Shown one piece after another: positions 27,523 through 35,955 of a DNA stretch of 64,000 bases; position 1 is the first letter of the stretch, and every line of letters starts with the position of its first letter. Origin of the DNA: Candidatus Micrarchaeota archaeon (lineage in GTDB: Archaea; Micrarchaeota; Micrarchaeia; Anstonellales; Bilamarchaeaceae). Under the pieces are notes generated by a model. That model was not told the origin of the DNA and made no database searches. It saw nothing but the letters and a program-made list of their open reading frames with translations. The stretch covers positions 2,558 to 66,557 of the forward strand of contig WJMK01000014.1 of assembly GCA_014727975.1 (NCBI GenBank), in the 5' to 3' direction. The position numbers and the translations under genes are program-made.

Positions 27523-28377
27523 CTATTTCTTCTTCTTTTTGGAAATTGCACGGTAGATGGCGCGGAGCACCAGGAATACCAACACAATAGGTATGAGGAA
27601 CCCTGCAAGGCCCACAAGAAGCATTATTGCAAAGCTCAGTGCGCCAAAGAAAAGGTTCAGTATTTCCTCAAGCGGCATTATGAGGTCTGTTTCCAGCGCA
27701 GGCTTTTCCTCAATCAAGTAGATGGTGATTGTGGATTGGGCTGAGCGTCTCTCAAGGTCCAGGGCCTGCCTCTGGTAGATTTCCAGCGAGGTCTGCACCC
27801 GGGTAACCTCCTTTTCAATCATCAGGATTTCTTCTACGTTGTCTGCTTCATCGTAAAGCGCATTGAGGCGGTCGAGCTCTTCTTCCAGGTTTTCAATCCT
27901 GGTCTGGATATCAATGTATTCTTCCGTAACATCCTCAACTGAGCTGTCGATGCTTTTTACCTCGCCAAGTGCCGAAACCTCCTCCATGAAAGAATCAAAT
28001 TTTGTAGGGGCAATTTTTACTGTAAGGGCGTAGCGCTTTTCTGTATTGTATTCATTGAAGCGGATGTAGGAGAGCTCTGCATTGTAATCATCAATTATTG
28101 CGGTAAGCTCGTCCTTCTTTTCCTCAAGGGTTCCGGTTTCCACATTTACGCTTAAAGAGCCCTCCTTGATTACCATCTGGTCTGATTCGTAATCATATGA
28201 ATCGGCTCCCCCATAATATGCTTCCTCTGCCACCATTGGTGCGGGGGCTGCTGCTACCCCTTTCGTGGCATACCCATAGTCAGGCTCAGCATAATTCCCT
28301 GCTACTTCATCCATTCCGATGCATCCGAAAAACATGAACAAGGCAGCAAAGGCCAGTATTGCGATTTTTGAATCCAT
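27523..28377 (-). CDS. DUF4349-like exported/membrane protein
   Basis: Lipobox-like FMFFGC, a coiled central region (IQTRIENLEEELDRLNALYDEA), STITIYL, and two C-terminal TM helices ending KKKKK. This is the typical DUF4349 layout. Confidence 0.6.
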   Translation of the reverse strand: MDSKIAILAFAALFMFFGCIGMDEVAGNYAEPDYGYATKGVAAAPAPMVAEEAYYGGADSYDYESDQMVIKEGSLSVNVETGTLEEKKDELTAIIDDYNAELSYIRFNEYNTEKRYALTVKIAPTKFDSFMEEVSALGEVKSIDSSVEDVTEEYIDIQTRIENLEEELDRLNALYDEADNVEEILMIEKEVTRVQTSLEIYQRQALDLERRSAQSTITIYLIEEKPALETDLIMPLEEILNLFFGALSFAIMLLVGLAGFLIPIVLVFLVLRAIYRAISKKKKK

Positions 28378-28532
28378 GGTTGTGAATAAAACTTGAAAAT
28401 ATATAAATAGTTGGCTGGTGGTTCGGCTTTGGCCGAACCTCCCTGGTTTTGTGACACAGGTATAAAAAGCGTTCCCTACACGATAATCAGCAAATCTCCA
28501 TACGGAGGTGTGAAATATGGCACAAAGGTGGT

Positions 28533-28793
28533 ATGAAATCCAGTAACCCGGGAAAAAGCGAACGTGTTAGTGACAACTCTAGTTGTAGGAAAGTCGGGCG
28601 GCCAAAAAGGCTTGACCCCCAATCTGTTGCCGAATTAAGGAAACTCTACCTCTCACAGCCGTATTCAGTACGTGAGCTGGCGGATGCATTTGGGGTTTCC
28701 AGGATGACAGTGTGGAGGGCTGTGGCGCTTCGGAGGAAAGCCGGCCAACAGGCCGGGCAAAGCACTTGCCCCAAAGCGGCAGTTACAGGATAG
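28533..28793 (+). CDS. Stand-alone resolvase/Hin-type helix-turn-helix protein
   Basis: GRPKRLDPQSVAELRKLY...SVRELADAFGVSRMTVWRAV matches the recombinase/IS OrfA-type HTH pattern. It lies in a stretch that looks more G+C-rich than its flanks. Confidence 0.5.
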   Translation: MKSSNPGKSERVSDNSSCRKVGRPKRLDPQSVAELRKLYLSQPYSVRELADAFGVSRMTVWRAVALRRKAGQQAGQSTCPKAAVTG

Positions 28794-29090
28794 GTGGATA
28801 AAATGAGCAGAACAGCGGCAGCAAGGGCCATGCGCACCGAAGCGCAGGCAGGAGAAAAAGGCAACCGGTTCAGGGTAGTTGAAGGCAAAAGGCCTCCCAA
28901 CGGTAAAAAGCTTTCCCTTGGGGAAGCAGCAATGAAGCTTCCCGGGATGAACGGGTTCGGGGTTGAGGGGCCCCGCGGGCTTAAACAGAAAACAGCAGGG
29001 GAAAGGGGGGCTGGAAATAGAGGGAAGCCGGAGCAGGGAAGAAAATACAAAGACCCCAACTGGTGGCAGCACGAAAGAATGGTTATGTAG
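28794..29090 (+). CDS. Small basic hypothetical protein
   Basis: 98-codon ORF starting at a GTG directly after the HTH gene stop. It is rich in G/K/R. Coding status is uncertain because both strands are open in this GC-rich stretch. Confidence 0.3.
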   Translation: MDKMSRTAAARAMRTEAQAGEKGNRFRVVEGKRPPNGKKLSLGEAAMKLPGMNGFGVEGPRGLKQKTAGERGAGNRGKPEQGRKYKDPNWWQHERMVM

Positions 29091-29131
29091 TTGGTACTGC
29101 TTAACCACTCCCTTTTCTTTTTTCTTTTAGC

Positions 29132-29398
29132 TTAATCTGCAAGGAGCTCTCTGGATTTTTTATTTAAAGAAAAGCTGGTGCCTGCAGTGCAGGAATTGGA
29201 AGATCCGGGACAGGACGCTGTAAACGGGCAGCCCCTGCACGAATGAGTTTTATGCTCAGAGAGATACCCCTGCTGCACAAGACTCCGCAGCTGGAGTGAA
29301 AGGGTTTCTCCATCAATTCCGAGCCTATCCGAAAGCTCGCGTACTGAGCCGCACCCGGCATCTATTTCCATTAAGATTTTCTTTAGCATTGCACCCAC
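29132..29398 (-). CDS. FeoC-like winged-helix protein with a Cys cluster
   Basis: It lies directly after the feoB stop. The wHTH-like segment GSVRELSDRLGIDGETLSLQLRSLVQQGYL is followed by CRGCPFTASCPGSSNSC. Confidence 0.45.
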   Translation of the reverse strand: MGAMLKKILMEIDAGCGSVRELSDRLGIDGETLSLQLRSLVQQGYLSEHKTHSCRGCPFTASCPGSSNSCTAGTSFSLNKKSRELLAD

Positions 29399-31450
29399 CT
29401 ACCCATAACCAAGGGCAGTGCCAACATGCAGCACAAGGAATGCTGCAATCCAGGCCAGAACAGTTGAATAAAGGATTGCAAACCCTGCCCATTTCCAGGA
29501 ATTGGTTTCCTGCTTTATTACTGCAATTGTTGCAAAGCAGGGCACATAAATCAGGGTAAATACCATGAACACGTAAGCCTGGAGCGGGGTCCAGGCAAGG
29601 GCGAGGGTGCTGCCCAGGCTTGCATCATCTGCTACTCCGTAAAGCACCCCAAACGCAGAGATTACCACTTCCTTTGCAAGAAAACCGAAAATAAGGGCAA
29701 CTGTCCCTCTCCAGTCAAAGCCAAGGGGCTGGAAAAGCGGCTCAATCACATGCCCCGCCATTCCAATATAGCTCTCCGGGCCTCCGTATTCTGCACTCTG
29801 GGGATAGCTTGCAAGGAACCACATGATGATTGCAACCAAGAATATGAATGTCCCTGCTTTCTGCACAAAAACCTTGGTGCGCTGCCACATGTGCATGAAC
29901 AGCCCTTTCAGGGTGGGCACATGGTAGGGCGGGAGCTCCATAACAAATGGCTGCTTTTCCTGCTTTGCAATAGATTTCCTGAAAAGCAGGCCCATTGCCG
30001 CAATCAGGATGAAGCTTATGAGCATAAGGGAGAAAACCACCTGGCCTGCTGCTTCAGGGGCAAAAAATGCTGCGGCCAGGAAAACAAAAACCTCCATCCT
30101 GGCTGCGCAGGGAACCAGGGGGTTTACAAGGATTGTGATAAGGCGGTCATCCTCATTCTTGAGCGTGCGCGCGGCCATCACTGCAGGCACATTGCACCCA
30201 AACCCAAGCACAAGGGAGATGAATGATTTGCCGTGCAGGCCTATCTTCTGCATTGCCCTGTTCATCACAAATGCTGCACGGGCCATGTACCCTGTGTCCT
30301 CCAGTATTGCAATTGCAAGAAAGAGCAGGAGTATGTTGGGCAGGAATATCAATACGTTTCCTACTCCTTCCACCAGCGCAACCATTAGCAGCTCTGAAAA
30401 CCAGGGGGGAGAATCAACTGAATGTAAGAGGGATACCAGCACTGAAGCAAATGCCCCGATTCCTGCCTCAACCCCCAGCATCAGGGGCTCGCCCAGCAGG
30501 AAAACAAGCTGGAACATTGCATACATTATCAATAGGAACAATGGTATGCCCAGCAGGGGGTTGGTGATTATGCGGTCTATCTGGTCGCTTCTTATGATGC
30601 GCTCCTCCGGGCTTTTCTGGAGAGATGACTTTATTATGCCATTTATGAATCCGTAGCGCCTGGAAGCTATTGTTATGTCAACCGGCTCCCCAAGGCGCTC
30701 TTCCGCGTCCTTTGAAAAGGATTCCAGGCCTGAACCGCAGATGCTCTTGTCTTCTTCGCATACCTTGGAGATAACATCTGCATCATTCTCAAGGATTTTT
30801 ACTGCAAGCCAGCGCGGGCCGTATTTCTCTGCAAGTGCAGGAATGTCCTGGCAGATGTGCTTGGAAAGCTTTTCCAGTTCCTCTTCCAGGTCCTTCCCAT
30901 AATTAATGGAAATTGGGCGCTGCTTGATTTTTCCTTCTGCAGCAAGCAGGGAAACTTCAGCAAGCTCGTCTATGCCCTTGCCCTGGTCCGCAACAAGGGG
31001 GACTACCGGGCACCCTAATAGCTCGGAGAGCTTCTTGACATCTATTTTCTGCCCCCTGCGGTGGGCAACGTCCATCATATTGAGGGCAATTACCAGATTT
31101 GCCCCAAGCTCCTTGAACTGGGCAGCAAGGTAAAGGTTGCGCTCCAGGTTGGATGCATCAATGATGTCTATTACTACGTCAGGCTTAGTATGGACAACAA
31201 AATCCCTTGCGATAAGTTCTTCTTTTGTATATGCTGAAAGGCTGTAGGTTCCGGGGAGGTCCACTACTTTTGCAGGCTTCTTGGCTTTTTGGTAGCGCTT
31301 CTTGAGCATTCCTTCCTTTTTTTCCACTGTTGCGCCCGGCCAGTTCCCTATCTTTTGGTGGGCCCCGGTAAGTGCATTGAAAACTGTGCTTTTCCCTGTA
31401 TTTGGGTTCCCTGCAAGCGCAAAAACCATCGGTTGTGTTTTACCTTTCAC
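29399..31450 (-). CDS. feoB: Ferrous iron transporter B
   Basis: N-terminal G-domain ALAGNPNTGKST, DLPGTYSL, NMMD, followed by a large polytopic permease domain. 683 aa. Confidence 0.92.
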   Translation of the reverse strand: MKGKTQPMVFALAGNPNTGKSTVFNALTGAHQKIGNWPGATVEKKEGMLKKRYQKAKKPAKVVDLPGTYSLSAYTKEELIARDFVVHTKPDVVIDIIDASNLERNLYLAAQFKELGANLVIALNMMDVAHRRGQKIDVKKLSELLGCPVVPLVADQGKGIDELAEVSLLAAEGKIKQRPISINYGKDLEEELEKLSKHICQDIPALAEKYGPRWLAVKILENDADVISKVCEEDKSICGSGLESFSKDAEERLGEPVDITIASRRYGFINGIIKSSLQKSPEERIIRSDQIDRIITNPLLGIPLFLLIMYAMFQLVFLLGEPLMLGVEAGIGAFASVLVSLLHSVDSPPWFSELLMVALVEGVGNVLIFLPNILLLFLAIAILEDTGYMARAAFVMNRAMQKIGLHGKSFISLVLGFGCNVPAVMAARTLKNEDDRLITILVNPLVPCAARMEVFVFLAAAFFAPEAAGQVVFSLMLISFILIAAMGLLFRKSIAKQEKQPFVMELPPYHVPTLKGLFMHMWQRTKVFVQKAGTFIFLVAIIMWFLASYPQSAEYGGPESYIGMAGHVIEPLFQPLGFDWRGTVALIFGFLAKEVVISAFGVLYGVADDASLGSTLALAWTPLQAYVFMVFTLIYVPCFATIAVIKQETNSWKWAGFAILYSTVLAWIAAFLVLHVGTALGYG

Positions 31451-31748
31451 TGCAACCTCTCCTTCTCCTGCGCATTCCTCTTCCCTGAACAGGGGGGATT
31501 CCTGCTTTCATTTTTTCTACAATAATCTCGGATGCCATGCCCGTGTCTATTGCCACCCTGCAGCATCCCTTGATCTGGATCACCATAAGGTCAGATGCGC
31601 CTTTGTTGATTACTGTAACTACTGAGCCAGGGTCAAAACCCAATTCAGTGAGGTGCCTGCGGAGCGGAGGCTCGGCGTTTATTTTTACAATGACTCCGCT
31701 CTCCCTTTCGTTCAGGGACCTGAGTGATATTCTTGGCATTGGCACCAC
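31440..31748 (-). CDS. feoA: FeoA-domain protein
   Basis: SH3-like FeoA pattern (LRRHLTELGFDPGSVVTVINKG...MVIQIKGCCRVAID). It overlaps the feoB start by 11 nt. Confidence 0.75.
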   Translation of the reverse strand: MVPMPRISLRSLNERESGVIVKINAEPPLRRHLTELGFDPGSVVTVINKGASDLMVIQIKGCCRVAIDTGMASEIIVEKMKAGIPPVQGRGMRRRRRGCSER

Positions 31749-31768
31749 AACTTATCTGGAATTTCTTG

Positions 31769-31782
31769 AATTTAGGTAAATT
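31769..31782. promoter_or_regulatory. 14-bp palindrome AATTTAGGTAAATT overlapping the feoA TATA region, a candidate DtxR-family operator
   Basis: Perfect 6-2-6 inverted repeat read directly. The half-site TTAGGT resembles IdeR/DtxR iron-box half-sites. It lies 21-34 nt upstream of the feoA ATG. Confidence 0.35.
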
Positions 31783-31793
31783 TAATGGTTCCC

Positions 31794-32675
31794 CTAACAT
31801 TTTGCGGAAGCAGTTGCCTTTTCCAGGATTTTTTCGAATAACGGGCGGAATTGCGGGGCATGCTCAACCACAGGCTTCATCTCCACTGCTGATTCAACAA
31901 AAGCAAGGTCATAGGGAATTTCTGCGATGACCTCTACCTCTTTCTCTTCTGCAAACTTCCTTATTTCTTTTGAGAAATCGGGGTTGAGGGTACTCTTGTT
32001 TATCACAATTCCATATGGGACTTTGAAATAGTCCAGGACTTCAATTGCGCGCATCAGGTCTGAAAATGCGGAAGGGGTGGGCTCGGCTACTGCCACTGCA
32101 TAATCGCTTCCACGCACTGAGGCAATCACCGGGCATCCTATCCCCGCAGCAGAATCCAGCACAATGTGCTTTGCATTTATCTCCTTCTGGAGGAGGTCTG
32201 CCTTTTCCTTTACAAGGGTTACAATGTCTCCTGAACCGGCCTGCCCGATGCGCAGGAGCCCGGTAGCAACTCCTATCTTTCCTTTTGCGCCTTTGCCTAC
32301 CCATCCATTCTGGACACGGTTAAGGCTTATTGCGCCATGCGGGCAAACAAGCTGGCAGGCGCTGCATCCTTCGCATGCATACTTGTCTATTGTGGGCTTT
32401 TCCCCTGAAAAATCAATTGCTGAAAAAACGCAGATGCCTTCGCACTTTTTGCAGTTTGTGCATTTCTCCTGGTCTATGGTGGCCTTGGAGCCTGTGCTTA
32501 CAGGAGACATTTCAAAATCCTCCCTCCCCATCCCAAAAAGTATTCCGAGATTCGGGGTATCCACATCACAATCGGCTGCAACCACCGGCCCTGACTCTGC
32601 AAGGAGTGCAGCAAGCGAAGCAGAAACCGTGCTTTTCCCTGCGCCTCCCTTTCCTGAAAGCACATTTATTATCAT
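31794..32675 (-). CDS. MinD/ParA-superfamily P-loop ATPase with an inserted 2x[4Fe-4S] ferredoxin domain (COG1149-like)
   Basis: SGKGGAGKST deviant Walker A. CTNCKKCEGIC and CEGCSACQLVC cluster motifs. Confidence 0.8.
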   Translation of the reverse strand: MIINVLSGKGGAGKSTVSASLAALLAESGPVVAADCDVDTPNLGILFGMGREDFEMSPVSTGSKATIDQEKCTNCKKCEGICVFSAIDFSGEKPTIDKYACEGCSACQLVCPHGAISLNRVQNGWVGKGAKGKIGVATGLLRIGQAGSGDIVTLVKEKADLLQKEINAKHIVLDSAAGIGCPVIASVRGSDYAVAVAEPTPSAFSDLMRAIEVLDYFKVPYGIVINKSTLNPDFSKEIRKFAEEKEVEVIAEIPYDLAFVESAVEMKPVVEHAPQFRPLFEKILEKATASAKC

Positions 32676-33517
32676 GGCTCCTCCCTCCGTATCTTCTTTG
32701 CGATTTCCTTTATCTCAGGGACCAGTGCGGGCACACCCTGAGAATACATTTTTGCAATCTCCAGTGAGTAGGGAATCTCCCCATAAATGGGAATGTTGTT
32801 TTTTGCAAAAATATTTTCTGCCAGCTCCCGTTTGCCTACACCTGCCTTGTTGAGTATTCCCTGTGCAGGGATTTTCAGCTCTGCAAGAAGCTCAAGTATA
32901 AGGTTGAGGTCATGGGCGCCCATGGGGGTTGCCTCGGCAACTGCAAGCGCAAGGCTGCAGCCCCTGAGGGCGGCAATCACGTTGCAGTGGGTCCCTGCAG
33001 CAGTGTCCACTATTATATAATCATAATTTTTCCCGGCTTCAGAAATGTATTTGTTGACTGCATTCACTACAGGGGAGCTTTCTTTTTTGCCTGCCTTCAG
33101 CTCTCCGGAAACAAAATCAAGACCCTGCCCTGAGCCAGTATAGATGGCTCCCGTGGAAACCTGCTCGGATTCTATTGCATCAACAGGGCAGGCAAGCATG
33201 CAGGCCGTGCACCCGATGCACTGGTCGGGGATAATTTTTGGGCCGGTTTCCTTGTGGAAAAGAATTGCGCTTTCCTGGCAGGCCTCTGCGCACTTGCCGC
33301 ATTTTATGCACTTCTCATTAACCCGCTTGGGCATTGTTATCATTACGTCTTTTTCCTTTTTGGGATGGATGGAAAGGAGAAGGTGGTCATCCGGGCAGTC
33401 CACATCCATATCTGCAAGCAGGACCTTGTTTTCCTTTGCAAGCTCAACCGCAAGTGCTGTAGCTACCAGGGATTTTCCTGTCCCTCCTTTGCCCCCGGTT
33501 ATTGCAATCCGCACCAA
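32672..33517 (-). CDS. MinD/ParA-superfamily P-loop ATPase with an inserted ferredoxin domain, paralogue
   Basis: GGKGGTGKS, CIKCGKCAEAC and CIGCTACMLAC. Its stop overlaps the start of the downstream paralogue (ATGA at 32672-32675). Confidence 0.8.
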   Translation of the reverse strand: MVRIAITGGKGGTGKSLVATALAVELAKENKVLLADMDVDCPDDHLLLSIHPKKEKDVMITMPKRVNEKCIKCGKCAEACQESAILFHKETGPKIIPDQCIGCTACMLACPVDAIESEQVSTGAIYTGSGQGLDFVSGELKAGKKESSPVVNAVNKYISEAGKNYDYIIVDTAAGTHCNVIAALRGCSLALAVAEATPMGAHDLNLILELLAELKIPAQGILNKAGVGKRELAENIFAKNNIPIYGEIPYSLEIAKMYSQGVPALVPEIKEIAKKIRREEP

Positions 33518-33526
33518 TTTAATCGC

Positions 33527-33898
33527 CTATTTTTTCAGGAATCCTGCATGGGAGCCAGGGTTTGCCTTTGGGAGCTTGCCCTGGAGAAATGCATCCACAT
33601 TCTCCTGCACAGTTCCGCTGGTGCTGTCATACACCTCAATTCCAAAGGACTCCAGGGCGCTGAATGCCTTGGGTCCCACTGTGCCTGCAATCAGCGTGGT
33701 TGCGCCCTGGTCGTGGGCAGCCTGGGCCGCAGCCACTCCTGCACCGCCCTGCTGGTTTGCAGCCTCATTTGGAACTGCAGTATTGCCGACTACTTTCCCC
33801 CCTTCTATTTCTACAAGCATAAAATAGGGGCATCTTCCAAAAACAGGGCTCAGCTTGGAGTCCATGCTTGGAGTTTGTGAAGGTACTATTGCTTTCAT
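33527..33898 (-). CDS. NifX/NifB-C-terminal-like 'dinitrogenase FeMo-cofactor biosynthesis' domain protein (COG1433-like)
   Basis: FGRCPYFMLVE...GAGVAAAQ...TLIAGTVGPKAFSALESFGIEVY pattern. Start trimmed to the ATG at 33898 (MKAIVPS). Confidence 0.7.
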   Translation of the reverse strand: MKAIVPSQTPSMDSKLSPVFGRCPYFMLVEIEGGKVVGNTAVPNEAANQQGGAGVAAAQAAHDQGATTLIAGTVGPKAFSALESFGIEVYDSTSGTVQENVDAFLQGKLPKANPGSHAGFLKK

Positions 33899-33991
33899 AT
33901 TGCATCCACCTCTGGAGTAAAAAAGAAACCTCAAGGCTTTAATGTATAGCTGTTAGGAAGCTTAAAAAAGTTTGGGTGCCCAAAAATTCTT

Positions 33992-34477
33992 ATGCTAAGC
34001 CAAAAATGTGAGGACTACCTTGAATCAATTCTTATACTAGTAGAAAAAAAGGGATATGCCCGGCCAAGGGACGTTGCAGCAAAGATGGGAGTGAAGCCCC
34101 CGAGCGTAACTGAAATGCTTGGGAAGCTCAAGAGGGAGGGATATGTAAACTATGAGAGGTATGGGGAGGTTACACTTACTCCTGCAGGGTTTGTGGAGGC
34201 CAGGAAGGTCAAGCGCAAGCACGAAGTTTTTGAGAAGCTCCTTGCTATGCTCCTTGTGCCCCCTGAGATTGCGGAGGAGGACGCATGCGTGCTTGAGCAC
34301 CACATCCACAAAAAAACCGAAATCCAGCTTTCCAGGTTCGTGCAGTTTGTGGAAGAGTTCAGGGGAAGCCCCCTTTTCCTCAGGAACTTCAAAAAATACT
34401 GCGAAACAGGGGAGCTGCCAAAAAAGTGCAAGCGGGCAAAGAAAAGGAAGCAGGTGGGTGCAATAAAAAGAATTTAA
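33992..34477 (+). CDS. DtxR/MntR-family metal-dependent transcriptional repressor
   Basis: CEDYLESILILVEKKGYARPRDVAAKMGVKPPSVTEMLGKLKREGYV wHTH, plus a dimerisation/metal region EEDACVLEHHI. It is divergent from the NifX-like/feo block. Confidence 0.8.
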   Translation: MLSQKCEDYLESILILVEKKGYARPRDVAAKMGVKPPSVTEMLGKLKREGYVNYERYGEVTLTPAGFVEARKVKRKHEVFEKLLAMLLVPPEIAEEDACVLEHHIHKKTEIQLSRFVQFVEEFRGSPLFLRNFKKYCETGELPKKCKRAKKRKQVGAIKRI

Positions 34478-34512
34478 AGCATGGAGGAAGCATTTGGAAC
34501 AATGGTGAGCCT

Positions 34513-35046
34513 ATGGGAAAAAAGATGCTGATGATAATCCCTCCTGAAAAGTTCAGGGATGAAGAATTGTTTGTGCCAAAAGAGCATTTTGAGGGGAAGG
34601 GCATGGAGATTACAATTGCAAGCACGAAAACAGGGGAGTGCTCCGGAATGATGGGCGGCACTGCAAATGCGGAGATTGCGCTCGGGGATGTTAGTGTTGG
34701 GGATTATGACGCAGTTGTGTTTGTTGGGGGGCAGGGAGTGCCCCTGGTCCGGAGGGAAGAAAAAGCGCTGGAAATTTCCCGGGAAACTGCGGCAAAAGGA
34801 AAGGTCCTGGGGGCTATCTGCTGGGCACCCACCATCCTTGCAAAGGCAGGGGTGCTTGAAGGGAAGCGTGCAACGGTCTGGAATGGGCCTGATGCGGAGT
34901 TCGGCATAAGCACAAGCGAATACCTTGAGAAGCAGGGGGCGAACTATTCTGGTGAGGGGTTCGTGGCAGATGGGAAAATTGTTACTGCGGACGGGCCCGC
35001 GCATGCAAAGGAATTTGCTGAATCAATTGAGGAGCTGCTTGAGTAG
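34513..35046 (+). CDS. DJ-1/PfpI-family protein
   Basis: DAVVFVGG..., a nucleophile elbow GAICWAP, and VTADGP near the C-terminus. Start trimmed to the ATG at 34513. Confidence 0.8.
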   Translation: MGKKMLMIIPPEKFRDEELFVPKEHFEGKGMEITIASTKTGECSGMMGGTANAEIALGDVSVGDYDAVVFVGGQGVPLVRREEKALEISRETAAKGKVLGAICWAPTILAKAGVLEGKRATVWNGPDAEFGISTSEYLEKQGANYSGEGFVADGKIVTADGPAHAKEFAESIEELLE

Positions 35047-35079
35047 CCCCTTTTAATTTTTTGCAGAGAAAACCCCTGT

Positions 35080-35955
35080 ATGGGAATTGCAGACAGCCTC
35101 AAGCGGGGATTCAGACTCCTGTCCGAAGTGATAGATGAAGGAATGGTTTTCGGGAAAAAACACATTAAAGCTGTAATCGGATACCAGCTGGTATCAATGA
35201 TTGCCGCGCTTGCAGCAATGACAGTTGCAGGAATAGGCATATTTATCGCAATGGTGTTTGTTTTGCAGTATTCTGATATTGCAGCATTCCTGATAACCGC
35301 GGTATTGCTAATTGCGGGTCTGTTGGTGGGGGGCACCTACTCCATGGCGGCAAGCCTGGGGGCAATAGAGTTTATCTACAACGGGGGGAAGAAAGCAGGG
35401 TATTTTGAAGGGAAAAATGTGAATCTTGCATTCAGGTGGATCTCCTTCTGGCTTGTGGCTGCAATCAGCGTGGCTGCGCTTGCAATACTCATTGCGCTTG
35501 GGGCAGTGTACCTGGATACAACCGGGACGATAGGCATCATTCTTGCTGTGGCGGCCTACGCTGTATTTTTGCTTATTGCAATCCTGCTGGGGATAATGCT
35601 CTACTACTCAAACCAGGAAATTGCAATAAAAAGGCTCGGGCCGGTAGCTGCAATCAAATCCTCAATAAAGGTTTTCAGGAACAATTTCTGGGAAACGCTG
35701 GTTTTTGCTGTGCTTGTCGCAGTTGGGTCTGCTCTGGTGCAGATTCCAGTGGCCATTGTGGTAAGCGGGATTACCCAGTTGATAATGGTTGCTTCAGTTG
35801 CAACTGCGGTGCTGGCAATCCTGGGCATAATTGTAGCAATCATCGGGGTGGCAATACGGATTGCAGTTGCCCTGCTTGTGGAATCCGCAGCGCTTATCCT
35901 GAAGGTGAAATTCTACCAGAAAATAACCAGGGCTAAAAAGAAGACAAGCGCTTAA
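35080..35955 (+). CDS. Polytopic membrane protein, unknown function
   Basis: 291 aa with about 6 long hydrophobic segments. No motif recognised. Confidence 0.4.
   Translation: MGIADSLKRGFRLLSEVIDEGMVFGKKHIKAVIGYQLVSMIAALAAMTVAGIGIFIAMVFVLQYSDIAAFLITAVLLIAGLLVGGTYSMAASLGAIEFIYNGGKKAGYFEGKNVNLAFRWISFWLVAAISVAALAILIALGAVYLDTTGTIGIILAVAAYAVFLLIAILLGIMLYYSNQEIAIKRLGPVAAIKSSIKVFRNNFWETLVFAVLVAVGSALVQIPVAIVVSGITQLIMVASVATAVLAILGIIVAIIGVAIRIAVALLVESAALILKVKFYQKITRAKKKTSA

Noticed and set aside
28646-29108. 137- and 147-aa minus-strand ORFs across the HTH / small basic ORF region
   Set aside because: They are open frames in a locally G+C-rich segment with P/S/L/C-rich translations. The plus strand carries a recognisable HTH motif.
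33899-33991. DtxR operator in the divergent NifX-like / DtxR intergenic region
   Set aside because: Only weak partial palindromes were found (…GTTAGGAAGCTTAAAA…). Nothing is comparable to the perfect palindrome upstream of feoA, so no site is called here.
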